Source: Frankiaceae bacterium (GTDB lineage Bacteria; Actinomycetota; Actinomycetes; JAFAQI01). Taken from it: a DNA stretch of 64,000 nt. The DNA lies in assembly GCA_019239875.1 (NCBI GenBank), contig JAFAZI010000109.1, forward strand, positions 2,372 through 66,371, in the 5' to 3' direction. Below the pieces are notes generated by a model that worked only from the letters and a program-made list of their open reading frames with translations, was not told the origin of the DNA and searched no databases. Both the position numbers and the translations under genes were made by a program. Below are positions 54,388 through 64,000 of the stretch, piece after piece. Each line of letters opens with the position of its first letter. Position 1 is the stretch's first letter.

Positions 54388-56460
54388 ATGACGGCGCCGA
54401 ACGAGAGCTTTCCGCGACTACGAGCGCGGACCCAGCGCTTCACGCTCGGCGAGCCGCGGACGATCACGATCTGCGACGCCGGCCGGCGCATCCTGTTCCT
54501 GCGGGCCGCGGCCGGCGACGATCCGCGCACCGGCCTGTGGGTGCTGGACCTGCCGGAGGGCGAGGAGCGGGCGGTGGTCGACCCGGCCGCGGACGACCAG
54601 CTGACCGCTGCCGAACGCGCTCGGCGGGAGCGGACGCGCGAAGGCGCCGCGGGCGTCGTGTCCTACGCCGCTGACAATGCCGGCAAGGTCGCGGCCTACG
54701 TCGTCGGTGGGCGACTCCACGTGGTGGACGTCGACACGGGTGAGATCCGCGCCGTCGGCGAAGGGGCGGCCTGCTTCGACCCTCGCCCGGATGGCGCGGG
54801 ACGGCGAATCGCGTACGTCGACGGTCGCGAGCTGCGGCTGGTCGACCTCGGGTCCGGCGAGGACCGACTCATCGCCGGCGAAGCCGAGGAGACCGTCTCG
54901 TGGGGCCGCGCCGAGTTCGTCGCCGCCGAGGAGATGAATCGCCTCCGCGGCTTCTGGTGGGCGCCGGATGGTTCTTCATTGCTTGCGGCACGGGTCGACG
55001 AGGCACCGGTTCAGCAGTGGTGGATCTCGGATCCCGCGCACCCAGAGAACCCGCCGACCCGCGTGCGCTATCCCGTCGCCGGCACTCCGGACGCCGACGT
55101 CTCGCTCTGGCTCGTCCGGCTGTCCGGCGATCGGACGGAGATTCGCTGGGATCGGGAACGTTACCCGTACCTGGCGCGGGTCTCGTGGTCGGAAGGGCGG
55201 CCCCCGCTGCTCGCGGTCGCGACCGCGGACCAGCGCGGCGTCGCCGTGCTCACTGTCGACGTGGAAAGCAGCGACACGACGATCGTCTTCGAGGATGTCG
55301 ACGAGGCGTGGGTGGAGCTCTTCGACGGCGTTCCGGCCTGGTACGGCGCCCACATCGTGCGGATCGCTGACGTAGCCGGGCAGCGGCGGCTCATGGTCGG
55401 CGACAACCCCGTCACGCCATCCGACATGTATGTCCGCTCGGTCCACGGCCTCGCCGCGAACGGCGTCGTCTTCCAAGCCTCGACCGGCGATCCGACCCAG
55501 ATGGCTGTGTACCGCTGGAGCGGAACCGGCATCGAGTCGTTGACCACGGAGCCGGGGGTCCACCGCGCGAGCGCGCTCGGGACGACGGTGGTCATCAGCT
55601 CGGCCGACCTCGAATCGGACGGGACCACGACGAGCGTCGTGGTCGAGGACGGGCGAACCCGCGCGCTGACGTCGTACGCCGTGAAGCCGCCGTTCCAACC
55701 CGAGGTTCGCCTGCTGACGCTCGGCGAGCGCAACCTGCCCGCGGGTCTGCTCTTGCCGCGAGATCATCGTCCGGGCACCAAGCTGCCGGTGCTGCTGGAT
55801 CCCTACGGCGGCCCGCACGCGCAGCGCGTCCTGGCGGCCAAGGCTGCCTGGCTCGAGCAGCAGTGGATCGCCGACCAGGGTTTCGCTGTGCTGGTGGTCG
55901 ACGGGCGAGGTACGCCGGGGCGCGACCCGGCGTGGGAGCGCGCAATCCATCACGACTTCGTGACCCCCGTGTTGGACGACCAGGTCGACGCGCTTCATGC
56001 CGCGGCCGTTCTGGAGCCCGACCTCGACCTCGCCCGCGTGGGGATTCGCGGCTGGTCCTTCGGTGGTTGGCTGGCGGCGCTTGCCGTCCTGCGACGGCCG
56101 GACGTGTTCTCGGTCGGCATCGCGGGTGCACCGGTCACCGACTGGGCGCTGTACGACACCTTCTACACCGAGCGGTACCTCGGCACCCCACAGGACAACC
56201 CGAAGGTCTATCGGGACAACTCGCTGCTCGAGGACGCGCCCACCCTCCACCGTCCCCTGCTGCTGATCCACGGCCTCGCTGATGACAACGTCGTGTCCGC
56301 TCACACGCTGCGGTTCTCGCAGCGCCTGACCGAGACCGGTCGGCCCCACTGCGTCCTGCCGCTGACCGGCGTCACTCACATGACTCCTCAGGAGGCCGTG
56401 GCGGAGAACCTGCTGTTGCTCCAAATGGACTTCCTCAGCCAGCACCTGAGCGCCTCGTGA
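54388..56460 (+). CDS. S9-family serine peptidase (dipeptidyl-peptidase IV-like beta-propeller plus alpha/beta hydrolase)
   Basis: Nucleophile elbow GIRGWSFGGWLA and the C-terminal LLIHGLADDNV. The N-terminus has DPP-IV-type propeller repeats. Confidence 0.88.
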   Translation: MTAPNESFPRLRARTQRFTLGEPRTITICDAGRRILFLRAAAGDDPRTGLWVLDLPEGEERAVVDPAADDQLTAAERARRERTREGAAGVVSYAADNAGKVAAYVVGGRLHVVDVDTGEIRAVGEGAACFDPRPDGAGRRIAYVDGRELRLVDLGSGEDRLIAGEAEETVSWGRAEFVAAEEMNRLRGFWWAPDGSSLLAARVDEAPVQQWWISDPAHPENPPTRVRYPVAGTPDADVSLWLVRLSGDRTEIRWDRERYPYLARVSWSEGRPPLLAVATADQRGVAVLTVDVESSDTTIVFEDVDEAWVELFDGVPAWYGAHIVRIADVAGQRRLMVGDNPVTPSDMYVRSVHGLAANGVVFQASTGDPTQMAVYRWSGTGIESLTTEPGVHRASALGTTVVISSADLESDGTTTSVVVEDGRTRALTSYAVKPPFQPEVRLLTLGERNLPAGLLLPRDHRPGTKLPVLLDPYGGPHAQRVLAAKAAWLEQQWIADQGFAVLVVDGRGTPGRDPAWERAIHHDFVTPVLDDQVDALHAAAVLEPDLDLARVGIRGWSFGGWLAALAVLRRPDVFSVGIAGAPVTDWALYDTFYTERYLGTPQDNPKVYRDNSLLEDAPTLHRPLLLIHGLADDNVVSAHTLRFSQRLTETGRPHCVLPLTGVTHMTPQEAVAENLLLLQMDFLSQHLSAS

Positions 56461-56498
56461 GCGTTCAGTAGGCGCGGCTTGCTGCCGATTGAGGACAT

Positions 56499-57995
56499 AT
56501 GGGGATGGGTGAGCCGGTGTTCGCTGGCGTCGTCAGCCAGATCACGCCGTCCGATCGGCTGGTGTCTGCGCTGCTCGAGCTCAGCGCCGCGCATGGTGGC
56601 GTACGGGATCTCTCACCAGTTCTGACCGAGCTCGCCTGCGCCGTGACGGGGGCTGACGGTGCCGCCGTCGAGCTCGTCGACGGCCCGGACGTCTTGTACA
56701 TCGCAGCGACCGGCCTGCTGGCGGGCACCGAGGGACTGCAGGTGGCCCGCGACGGGTCGCTGTCCGGAGTCGTCATCGCCACCGCGGTCACCCAGGTGTG
56801 TGCGGACACGGCGAACGACACGCGAGTCGACCACGCGGCCTGCGAGCGGCTGGGTATCGGCTCGATGGCGATCGTCCCGATCCGGCACGAGAACCACACG
56901 ATCGCGGTCCTCAAGCTCGCCGGCGCGGAGGCTGGAGCCGTGGGCGAGGCACACGTTCGCCTCGCCGAGCCGCTGGTCCAGGCTGCATCGGCGCGACTGG
57001 CGCAAGCCGCAGCGGCCGAGACCGCGGCAGCCCAGCTCGAGCTGCTGAACGACGTCGCAGCGGCGGGCAAGGACGTGCTGCTCGCCGAGGACCCGGCGCA
57101 ACGCCTGGTTGAGGCGGTCAGCCGGATCGTTCGCGCGCCGCACGTCTTCGTCCTGATGCCCGACGGCCCGGACATGTTGCGGGTGTCGCACGCCGTGGGG
57201 GCTGACCTCGTTGGTACTCAGGTGGCCCGTGACGAGACGTCACCATCCGGGACGGCGTTCGTCCTCGGGCGGCCTCAGATCGTCGCCGACTTCACGAAGA
57301 GCCCGAAGCTCTCGCCGACTGAGGTCGAACGTGCGATCGCGGCGGGGATCACCGACGCGCGGGCCGTGGCTTACATCCCCCTGGAGACGCCCGACGGCCC
57401 GGCCGGCGTGCTGTCCGTCGTGATGCACGAGCCGATCACCACGAGCAACGCTGAGCTGCTCGGGCTGCTCCGCCTGCTCGCGGCCGAGGCGGGGATCGCG
57501 ATCACCCGAGACGACCTACGCCGCCGGCTCGCCGACCAGGCGCGGACCGACCCGCTGACGGGTCTTGCCAATCGCCGGGTGTGGAACGAGCGGATGGACG
57601 CGGAGCGCGAGCGGGTACGCCGCGGTGACAGCACCTTCGCAGTAGCGCTGCTCGACCTCGACTTCTTCAAGCGCTACAACGACACGTTCGGCCACCCGGC
57701 CGGCGACCAGTTGCTTCGCGCGGTGTCGGTCGCGTGGGCGTCGGCGCTGCGCCCCACCGACTTGCTCGCGCGGCTCGGTGGCGAGGAGTTCGGTGTTCTG
57801 CTTCCGGACATCGACCTCCGCGCGGCGGACACGATCATGAAGCGGCTCGGTGGCGTCGTTCCGCACGAGCAGACCGTGTCGATCGGGGTGACGCTGTACA
57901 TCGGTGACGAGGACCCTGACGTGACCATGCAGCGGGCGGACCAAGCGCTGTACGCCGCCAAGTCCGGGGGCCGTGACCAGGTGGTCGCCCGCTAG
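56499..57995 (+). CDS. GAF-GAF-GGDEF diguanylate cyclase
   Basis: Two GAF-like domains, then DPLTGLANRR and the active site RLGGEEFGVLLP. Confidence 0.88.
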   Translation: MGMGEPVFAGVVSQITPSDRLVSALLELSAAHGGVRDLSPVLTELACAVTGADGAAVELVDGPDVLYIAATGLLAGTEGLQVARDGSLSGVVIATAVTQVCADTANDTRVDHAACERLGIGSMAIVPIRHENHTIAVLKLAGAEAGAVGEAHVRLAEPLVQAASARLAQAAAAETAAAQLELLNDVAAAGKDVLLAEDPAQRLVEAVSRIVRAPHVFVLMPDGPDMLRVSHAVGADLVGTQVARDETSPSGTAFVLGRPQIVADFTKSPKLSPTEVERAIAAGITDARAVAYIPLETPDGPAGVLSVVMHEPITTSNAELLGLLRLLAAEAGIAITRDDLRRRLADQARTDPLTGLANRRVWNERMDAERERVRRGDSTFAVALLDLDFFKRYNDTFGHPAGDQLLRAVSVAWASALRPTDLLARLGGEEFGVLLPDIDLRAADTIMKRLGGVVPHEQTVSIGVTLYIGDEDPDVTMQRADQALYAAKSGGRDQVVAR

Positions 57996-58008
57996 CGCCC
58001 CCGCACGG

Positions 58009-59262
58009 TCAGCCGGGCGGCGGGTTGGCGGCTTTGGCGGCGGCTGCGGCGGCACGGGCCGTTGCGAACTCCTTCGCCTCGTCCCAGCTCGCGCCCTTGG
58101 CGATCATCATGCGGTACTTCATGACCTGGGAGCGCTGCTCCAGAGCGAGCGCTCCGGCCAGCCGATCGCCACGCCGGTAGAGCACCACGAACGTGTCGCC
58201 CTCGAGGTCGCCGGCCACCAGATCGATCTCCTCGAACCCGGCGGCGACGCCGACGAACTGGATCCGCTTCCCGTACCAGTCCGACCAGAAGTACGGCACC
58301 GTCTCGAACGCCACCGCGTTCTCCGGATCGATCGCGTTCCGGCCGGCCGCTCCACCCTGCTCGGCCGCGATGGTCCAGTGCTCGAGGCGCATGCGGGTGT
58401 CGAACAGCGGGTTCGGCCAGCTCGCGATGTCGCCGGCCGCGTACACGCCGGGGGCGCTGGTCTGCAGCGTCTTGTCGCACTCGATCCCGTTGCCGAGCTC
58501 GATCCCGGAGTCGGTCAGCCACTCGATGTTGGGGGCGACGCCGACGCCGACGACGACGAGGTCGGCCTCGATCCGGGAGCCGTCAGCAAGGCGTACCGCT
58601 TCGACCCGGTCCTGACCCTCGATCGCGTCGACCCCGACACCACACCGCAGGGTGGTCCCGTTGCGTTCGTGGAGGCTGCCGAGCACGGCGCCCATCTGCT
58701 CACCGACTGGGCGCGCCAGTGGAGTCGGCATCGCCTCGACCACCGTGACCACCGAGCCGCGCTGGCGCGCCGACGATGCGATCTCCGAGCCGATGAATCC
58801 CGCGCCGACCACGACGGTGCGCGCGCCGGCGTCCAGCGCGGAACGGATCGCGCGCGCGTCATCGATTGTCCGCAAGACGTGGACGCCGGCGAGCCCTTCG
58901 GTGCCCGGAATCGTGCGCGGACTGGCGCCCGTCGCAATGACGAGACTCGTGTAGTGAAGCGGCTCGTTGTCGACGAAGAGAGTGCGATCGGTGGTGTTCA
59001 GCCCTGTCGCGGGGGCGCCGAGCCGCAGGTGCACACCGAGCTCATCACGAAGCAACGCCTCCTCGCGCAGCGTCGGGATCGGCGGGCTCTCGACGTCGGT
59101 CAGGAAGTCCTTCGACAGCGGTGGCCGGTCATAAGGGAGGTGCTCCTCAGACCCGACCAATGTGATGATGCCGGCGAACCCCGCGCGGCGCGCGGCCTCC
59201 ACCGCGCGCAGCCCGGCGAGCGAGGCACCGACGACGACGAGATGCGCTTCGACCTCGGTCAC
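58009..59262 (-). CDS. FAD/NAD(P)H-dependent ferredoxin reductase
   Basis: Trimmed to the GTG at 59262. It has dinucleotide folds (HLVVVGASLAGLRAVEAARR and TVVVGAGFIGSEIA), plus YAAGDIA and a reductase C-terminal domain. Confidence 0.85.
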   Translation of the reverse strand: MTEVEAHLVVVGASLAGLRAVEAARRAGFAGIITLVGSEEHLPYDRPPLSKDFLTDVESPPIPTLREEALLRDELGVHLRLGAPATGLNTTDRTLFVDNEPLHYTSLVIATGASPRTIPGTEGLAGVHVLRTIDDARAIRSALDAGARTVVVGAGFIGSEIASSARQRGSVVTVVEAMPTPLARPVGEQMGAVLGSLHERNGTTLRCGVGVDAIEGQDRVEAVRLADGSRIEADLVVVGVGVAPNIEWLTDSGIELGNGIECDKTLQTSAPGVYAAGDIASWPNPLFDTRMRLEHWTIAAEQGGAAGRNAIDPENAVAFETVPYFWSDWYGKRIQFVGVAAGFEEIDLVAGDLEGDTFVVLYRRGDRLAGALALEQRSQVMKYRMMIAKGASWDEAKEFATARAAAAAAKAANPPPG

Positions 59263-59263
59263 G

Positions 59264-59455
59264 TCAGTCCTCGAGCCGCAGGGCCTGAGTCGGGCACTCG
59301 GCCACGGCTTCCTCGAGCTGCGGGCGCATGTCGGCGGTGAACTCCTCGTTGAGCAGGTGGACCATCCCATCGTCCCCGACCTCGAACACGTCGGCACGGA
59401 TCGACTCACAGACGCCGTGACCAGTGCAGCGGTCGGTGTCAACGCGGACCTTCAT
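59264..59455 (-). CDS. small single-cluster (3Fe-4S/4Fe-4S) ferredoxin
   Basis: 63 aa: MKVRVDTDRCTGHGVCESIRADVFEVGDDG...AVAECPTQAL. Its stop lies 2 nt before the reductase start. Confidence 0.8.
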   Translation of the reverse strand: MKVRVDTDRCTGHGVCESIRADVFEVGDDGMVHLLNEEFTADMRPQLEEAVAECPTQALRLED

Positions 59456-59511
59456 CACTCTCATTCTTACCCGGCACCTGCGGCTGACCGGCACAGCGGG
59501 ATACTGCAGCC

Positions 59512-60354
59512 GTGACGCAGACCCGTCGCCGGTTCGACTCCATCCCACCGCCAGCGCCGCATCTGGAAGGTGGCGAGGGCGAGCCGCTCGTGCTCCTCCA
59601 CGGGTTCACCGACACGTGCCACGCCTGGAGTCAGGTGCTGCCGCTGCTCACGCCGCACCACGCGGTGTACGCGCCCACGTTGCCCGGGCATTTCGGAGGT
59701 ACGGCGTTCCCGGCCGGCGAGAAGATGACCATCGTCGCGAGCCTGGACCTACTCGAGCGCCAGCTTGACGAGCGAGGCATCGCGAAGGCGCATCTGGTCG
59801 GCAACTCCCTCGGGGGCTGGGCAAGCCTCGAGCTCGCCGCCCGTGGCCGAGCACTGTCGGTGGTCGGCGTCTGCCCAGCCGGCGGCTGGCACCACGGCAG
59901 CCCGGAGGATCGCGCCGTCATCAAGTTCTTCCGGCGCAGCGAGCGGATGCTGCGGCGCAGTAGCCCGGCGATCCTCGCGCGGGTCGCACGCAGCCCACGG
60001 CTTCGCGCCATCGCGATGCGGGATCTCGTCGCCGACTCGAGCCGGGTCACGGCGGCGGACGCGACGGCGATCTTCAACGGCGCGGCGGGTTGTGCGGTCA
60101 CGCGGGACGCGCTGGACCTGGCCGCATCCGGACAGGCCTTCGGCGACCTCGGCCCGATCGACTGTCCGGTCCGGATTCTCTACGGCACGCGGGACAAGGT
60201 CGTGCGGTGGCCGACCCACTATTCGCGGCTGCGACAGATTCTCCCCGACGCGGAGTGGATCGCCCTCGAGGGCATGGGACACCTTCCGATGTGGGAGCAG
60301 CCAGACCTGCTTGCGCGACGGATCCTCGAAGTCACAGCGCCCGCCTCGCTCTAG
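59512..60354 (+). CDS. alpha/beta-fold hydrolase
   Basis: Contains LVLLHGFTD, the nucleophile elbow HLVGNSLGGW and the C-terminal GHLPMWEQP. Confidence 0.85.
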   Translation: MTQTRRRFDSIPPPAPHLEGGEGEPLVLLHGFTDTCHAWSQVLPLLTPHHAVYAPTLPGHFGGTAFPAGEKMTIVASLDLLERQLDERGIAKAHLVGNSLGGWASLELAARGRALSVVGVCPAGGWHHGSPEDRAVIKFFRRSERMLRRSSPAILARVARSPRLRAIAMRDLVADSSRVTAADATAIFNGAAGCAVTRDALDLAASGQAFGDLGPIDCPVRILYGTRDKVVRWPTHYSRLRQILPDAEWIALEGMGHLPMWEQPDLLARRILEVTAPASL

Positions 60355-60380
60355 CGGACGGACAGGGGACCGTCGCGCTG

Positions 60381-62387
60381 CTACCGCCGGAGCATCGCGT
60401 CGAAGTCGCGGAGCGCCGCATCGGCCTCGCTGGCGGTCGGCGGGGTCCGCCCGTAACACTCCTGCTCGAGCGTCCTTGTGCTCGCGTCCAGCCGACCGGG
60501 CTCGCTGATGCGAGCTAGGTACTCGCGGGCGGTCTCGGCGGGGGCCCTCGGCGCGGGCGCTCGCGGGTCCGTGGTCATCCGCTCGAAGCCCGTGAGCACG
60601 GGGCCGTCGCCTCGAGTCCTCGGGCGGCCGTCGACTCGTGACTGGCGGGTCCGCCGTACCCTCCCGAGCACGGCTCCGACGCCCGCTCCGAGCACACAGA
60701 GGATCACGATCAGCGCCGTGCGGCCGCCCGGCAGGTTGGCCGTCAGGCTGCCGAGCAGCCGCGACACCCAGCTGCCCGGGGCGGCGGATGCCGCCTCGGG
60801 TGTGGCCCCAGCGGTCGGATCACTGGGTGACCACCCAACCCCTGGGTAGTACACCTCGACCCACGCGTGCGCGTTCGCTGCCGTGTACAGGCGCCCGGTC
60901 CGGTCCCGGGTGCCGTAGGCCAGGCCGCTCACGAGGCGCGTGGGCACGCCGAGCGTACGAAGCATGACGGCTTCCGCGGACGCGAACTGTTCGCAGAAGC
61001 CGGCGTGGTCGCGGAAGAGGAAGTCGCTGACCGCGTCGTCACCTGACCCCGGTACCGGTGAGTCGAGGGTGTAGGTCTCGTTGCCCCGCAGATAGGTCTC
61101 GATGTCCTTGACCTGCTCGTACCGGTTGCTGGCATGCGACGTGACCCGGCGGGCGAGCTGGAGGATGGTGGGTGGCAGGCCTGACGGAAGCTGCGTCCAT
61201 TCGGCGTCGAGCGGATCGCCGCCGGTCGACGCCCGCAGCACCGATGGAGTAGTGGGCGCGACGGTGGACGTGACGCGGTACGACGCGGCCGGCCGGTTCA
61301 TGACCGCGCGTGTGTTTGCCGACTGTCGGGCGACGCCGGTGATCGAGCCGTCGACTCCCGTGATGTGAGTCGGCACGCCCGGACTCCACACGAGCGAGGT
61401 CCGGAAGCCGGGCGCCACGGTGGCGCGGTCGGTCTCCGATCGGCCGGACGGCACCGGGTCGAACGCAGACGTCGGTACGTCGAGGTCGTTGCCGTGCGCG
61501 AAGACGAAGGACCGGTCGTTGTTCGCGACCCAGCCGTGGCCGGTGTAGATGCTGTAGAACGTCCCGCGCCACAGGGCCGGTGACCTCGCCGGAACGTGCA
61601 GGACCGGCGTGTCAGGCAGCTGGCCGCGGAGATCGAGATCGAGCTCGCCGGCGCCGTAGGTGTCCACGCCGATCGACTCGCGGCTTCCGACGTCGCCCTG
61701 CGGATTTCCCGCGACCCGGCTCGCGATCTTGTTGGCGAGACCGTCGCCTCCGAGCCCGGCCGGCAGCATGAAGAACACCAGCGTTCCGGTGATGAGCGCG
61801 GCACCGACCGGCAGGAGCACCGAGAGGTGACCCAGGTTGCGCCCGTTTGCTGCCTGGCCGCTCGCATCGACTGCCGTCGCGACGACGGCACCTTCCATCA
61901 CGGGTCCGGCGGCCTGGACCAGGGTCGTGGCGACCAGCAGGATGACCCAGCCGGCCACCGTCAACGCAGCGGCGACGACCGACTCGCCGCCGGCTGCAGC
62001 GGCGACGAGGACACCGGTGGTGACGGTGAGCCACACGCGGTACTCACGGGCCGTCCGGGCGTGCGGTGCCATCACCAGCGACAAGATGACCAGCGCCTCG
62101 GTCAGGGAGCGCAGCGTGGCGATCGGATCGGTGCCCTCGTTGCCCGCGCTGATGGCCTTCGCTGCGATCAAGCCCGAGAACAGTCCCACGCCGGCTACGC
62201 CGACGTTGCGGGACAGTCGCACCTTCGCGGGATCCACCGGCCCCGTCGACCGGGTGACGGCGATCGTCACGCCGAGCGTGACCGGCAACGCCCACCACGG
62301 CAGCATTCCCGCTGCGGTCGCGGCGATCTGCGCCATCGCCGAGGCGATCGCGGACCAGTGCCGGATCCTCCGCTGCGCGGGAATCAT
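60381..62387 (-). CDS. transglutaminase-like membrane protein (TgpA/DUF3488-type)
   Basis: N-terminal polytopic region and a transglutaminase core (HAGFCEQFASAEAVMLRTLGVPTRLVSG...AHAWVEVYYPGVGWSPSDPT). The ATG at 62387 forms an ATGA overlap with the DUF58 stop. Confidence 0.88.
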   Translation of the reverse strand: MIPAQRRIRHWSAIASAMAQIAATAAGMLPWWALPVTLGVTIAVTRSTGPVDPAKVRLSRNVGVAGVGLFSGLIAAKAISAGNEGTDPIATLRSLTEALVILSLVMAPHARTAREYRVWLTVTTGVLVAAAAGGESVVAAALTVAGWVILLVATTLVQAAGPVMEGAVVATAVDASGQAANGRNLGHLSVLLPVGAALITGTLVFFMLPAGLGGDGLANKIASRVAGNPQGDVGSRESIGVDTYGAGELDLDLRGQLPDTPVLHVPARSPALWRGTFYSIYTGHGWVANNDRSFVFAHGNDLDVPTSAFDPVPSGRSETDRATVAPGFRTSLVWSPGVPTHITGVDGSITGVARQSANTRAVMNRPAASYRVTSTVAPTTPSVLRASTGGDPLDAEWTQLPSGLPPTILQLARRVTSHASNRYEQVKDIETYLRGNETYTLDSPVPGSGDDAVSDFLFRDHAGFCEQFASAEAVMLRTLGVPTRLVSGLAYGTRDRTGRLYTAANAHAWVEVYYPGVGWSPSDPTAGATPEAASAAPGSWVSRLLGSLTANLPGGRTALIVILCVLGAGVGAVLGRVRRTRQSRVDGRPRTRGDGPVLTGFERMTTDPRAPAPRAPAETAREYLARISEPGRLDASTRTLEQECYGRTPPTASEADAALRDFDAMLRR

Positions 62388-63466
62388 CGTCCGACACCGG
62401 CATCCAGCAGCGGCGTGACCACGGCTATCGGCCGGGCCAGGCGCGCCTCGGCTGACAGCTGCGCCGTGTCGGACTCCGACAGCCATAGCATCGTGGCCGC
62501 GCCGCCGTTTCGCCTGAGCGCATCGTGTAGCTGCGCCGGATCGTCGAAGGGCTCGGCGTCGACGCCCGCGAACCAGTCGAGGACGTCGCGAGCGTTTCCT
62601 GGCAGCGCAGTCTGGTGGCGGCCGACGAGGACGACCGAGCGACCGGCCCGTAGGGCTGCGATCGCCGTTGCGGCCGCTCTACCGAGCGCCGGCTCCCACA
62701 CGTCGGCGGCTGCGGGCCGGCGGCAGACCACCACGAGGGCGGAGTGGGCCGGCCGCTCGCGTTCCATCACGACCAGGTGGTTGCGCCGGGCGGAGGCGCG
62801 CCAGTGCACCGCCGTGGTGGCGTCACCCTCTCGCCACTCGCGGATGCCGTAGAAGTCGACCCCGCCGCCTGACCGGGGAGACGGGGAGCTGCCGGAGGGG
62901 GCGCCGGCAGCGATTTCGGGCAGCCGGTACGGCACCGCCGGTGCGGGGTGGACGAGAAGCTCTCCTGATACCGCGACCCGCCGCCGCCGGACGAATCCGC
63001 CGAGCGGCGAGAATGCCTCGATGGTGATGTCGCCCGCGTCCTGCCAACATCCGCGGCGTTGCGCCACGGTGCGGTAGGTCGCACTCGCGCGGCCGCCGGA
63101 CCGCATCGCCGGTGTCAGCACTTGTGCTGCCGACAGCGCTGGATGCCGGTCGATCAGCACGACCGAGCGTCGCCCCGCGAACCGTCCGCCCGGCGCGGTG
63201 ACGTGGAGCTGCACCGTCGCGGGTACCCCGAGCGCCATCCGGTCCGGCGCGACGCGGTACACACCGATGCCGGCCACCCGTGGCGAGAGTGCGGCGTCGC
63301 CGATCACTGCGCCAAGGGCCGCCGCGGCCGCCACCGTGACCCCGGTCGAGTGGATCAGCCGGCCGAGCAGCTCCAGGATCGTCGCGATCACGAGCAGCAG
63401 TGCTGCGGCTCGGGTCGGATGCGGGATCCGGACGTTTGAGCCGCGACCACGGCGGGCCGTCGACAT
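62384..63466 (-). CDS. DUF58-domain protein (MoxR-associated)
   Basis: Sequence DFYGIREWREGDATTAVHWRASARRNHLVVMERE. It lies between the MoxR and transglutaminase genes, the classic arrangement. Confidence 0.85.
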   Translation of the reverse strand: MSTARRGRGSNVRIPHPTRAAALLLVIATILELLGRLIHSTGVTVAAAAALGAVIGDAALSPRVAGIGVYRVAPDRMALGVPATVQLHVTAPGGRFAGRRSVVLIDRHPALSAAQVLTPAMRSGGRASATYRTVAQRRGCWQDAGDITIEAFSPLGGFVRRRRVAVSGELLVHPAPAVPYRLPEIAAGAPSGSSPSPRSGGGVDFYGIREWREGDATTAVHWRASARRNHLVVMERERPAHSALVVVCRRPAAADVWEPALGRAAATAIAALRAGRSVVLVGRHQTALPGNARDVLDWFAGVDAEPFDDPAQLHDALRRNGGAATMLWLSESDTAQLSAEARLARPIAVVTPLLDAGVGR

Positions 63467-63470
63467 CGAA

Positions 63471-64000
63471 TCAGGCGCCGGACAGCGGCGCCGGCACCGT
63501 GCGGGTCACCTCGGCGATCACCTCGACCGCTGCCGTCCGGTCGCCCGTGTCGGCGGACAGCACGATGCGGTGGGCGAGAACGGGTACGGCGAGCGCTTTG
63601 ATGTCGTCGGGCAGGACGTGCGGCCGACCGACCAGCAGCGTGCGGGCCTGCGCGGCACGGACCAGCGCGATGGTGGCCCGGGTGCTCGCCCCGATCGCGA
63701 CCTGCGGATGCTCGCGGACGCGAGCGGTGAGCGAGACGGCGTACCCCAGCACCGATTCGGCTACGTGAACCTGGCGCGAGGCTCGCCGGAGGGCCACGAG
63801 ATCGGCCGGGCTCATGACCGGCTGTAGCGAGTCGACGGTCGAACCGGCGAGCTGGGCCCGCACGATCTGACGTTCGACGTCTTCGTCGTTCAGCCCGGGG
63901 TGCACGAGCGCGGTGAACCGGTCGAGCTGGCCCTCTGGCAACGGGTAGGTGCCCCACTGCTCGAAGGGGTTCTGCGTCGCCAGCAGGACGAACGGTTCTG
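63471..64000 (-). CDS. MoxR-family AAA+ ATPase, C-terminal part (gene continues beyond the right edge)
   Basis: The frame is open to position 64000. It reads ...FVLLATQNPFEQWGTYPLPEGQLDRF... then the AAA lid region (IGASTRATIALVRAAQARTLLVGRPHVLPDDIKALAVPVLAHRI). Confidence 0.85.
   Translation of the reverse strand, partial: EPFVLLATQNPFEQWGTYPLPEGQLDRFTALVHPGLNDEDVERQIVRAQLAGSTVDSLQPVMSPADLVALRRASRQVHVAESVLGYAVSLTARVREHPQVAIGASTRATIALVRAAQARTLLVGRPHVLPDDIKALAVPVLAHRIVLSADTGDRTAAVEVIAEVTRTVPAPLSGA

Noticed and set aside
1-64000. tRNA, rRNA, integrase, transposase, prophage or known defence-system genes.
   Set aside because: I scanned the intergenic spacers and all long ORFs by eye. I found no cloverleaf-like sequence, no rRNA signatures, no recombinase or transposase motifs, and no nuclease/ATPase pairs typical of defence islands. 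A tRNAscan, Infernal or HMM run would be needed for certainty.

Overview
High-GC actinobacterial chromosomal DNA, about two-thirds G+C in most coding lines. I call about 57 protein-coding genes and no rRNA, tRNA or CRISPR. The backbone is the conserved origin-proximal housekeeping neighbourhood. In order it contains: anti-sigma/ECF sigma (sigM-like), pseudokinase, NlpC/P60, murJ, a DUF6049-like gene, NUDIX, the CCA-adding enzyme, ino1 with its PadR regulator, DUF5318, a class A PBP, GT87, rpsF-ssb-rpsR-rplI and dnaB. This order matches what I remember of the Streptomyces coelicolor SCO3892-SCO3911 region and the M. tuberculosis Rv3907c-Rv3912 plus Rv0046c-Rv0058 blocks. The right half is ordinary metabolism and envelope. 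It carries a multicopper oxidase operon, a glycosyltransferase/methyltransferase/prenyltransferase-like trio, an ECF sigma pair, an SPFH/NfeD pair, a 2-oxoacid dehydrogenase E1a/E1b/E2 operon and an M1 peptidase. It also carries a large acyl-CoA dehydrogenase, a HelD/HelR-like ATPase, an S9 peptidase, a GAF-GGDEF protein, ferredoxin plus reductase, and a MoxR/DUF58/transglutaminase operon. Four things stand out. (1) An accessory redox locus lies between the GT87 gene and rpsF (18871-23848). It holds a Tat-signal protein with 22 Cys, resembling the methylamine dehydrogenase light chain and fused to LGFP repeats. That gene is translationally coupled to MauE-like and MauD-like genes and sits opposite a CcdA-like membrane protein. 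No heavy subunit or MauG is present. (2) A free-standing, splicing-dead DnaB-type intein (Hint plus LAGLIDADG) lies in frame 15 nt after the dnaB stop codon. The canonical RESG|S insertion site inside dnaB is empty, and the 3-prime half of dnaB drops sharply in GC. (3) A roughly 64-bp perfect-hairpin palindromic repeat occurs four times in intergenic spacers, and two copies bracket one orphan gene. (4) The 550-bp non-coding padR/DUF5318 spacer is full of tandem and nested inverted repeats. All functional calls rest on motif recognition by eye and remembered family knowledge. No database or HMM search was possible. Start codons were trimmed from the supplied ORF track by hand and may be off by a few codons.
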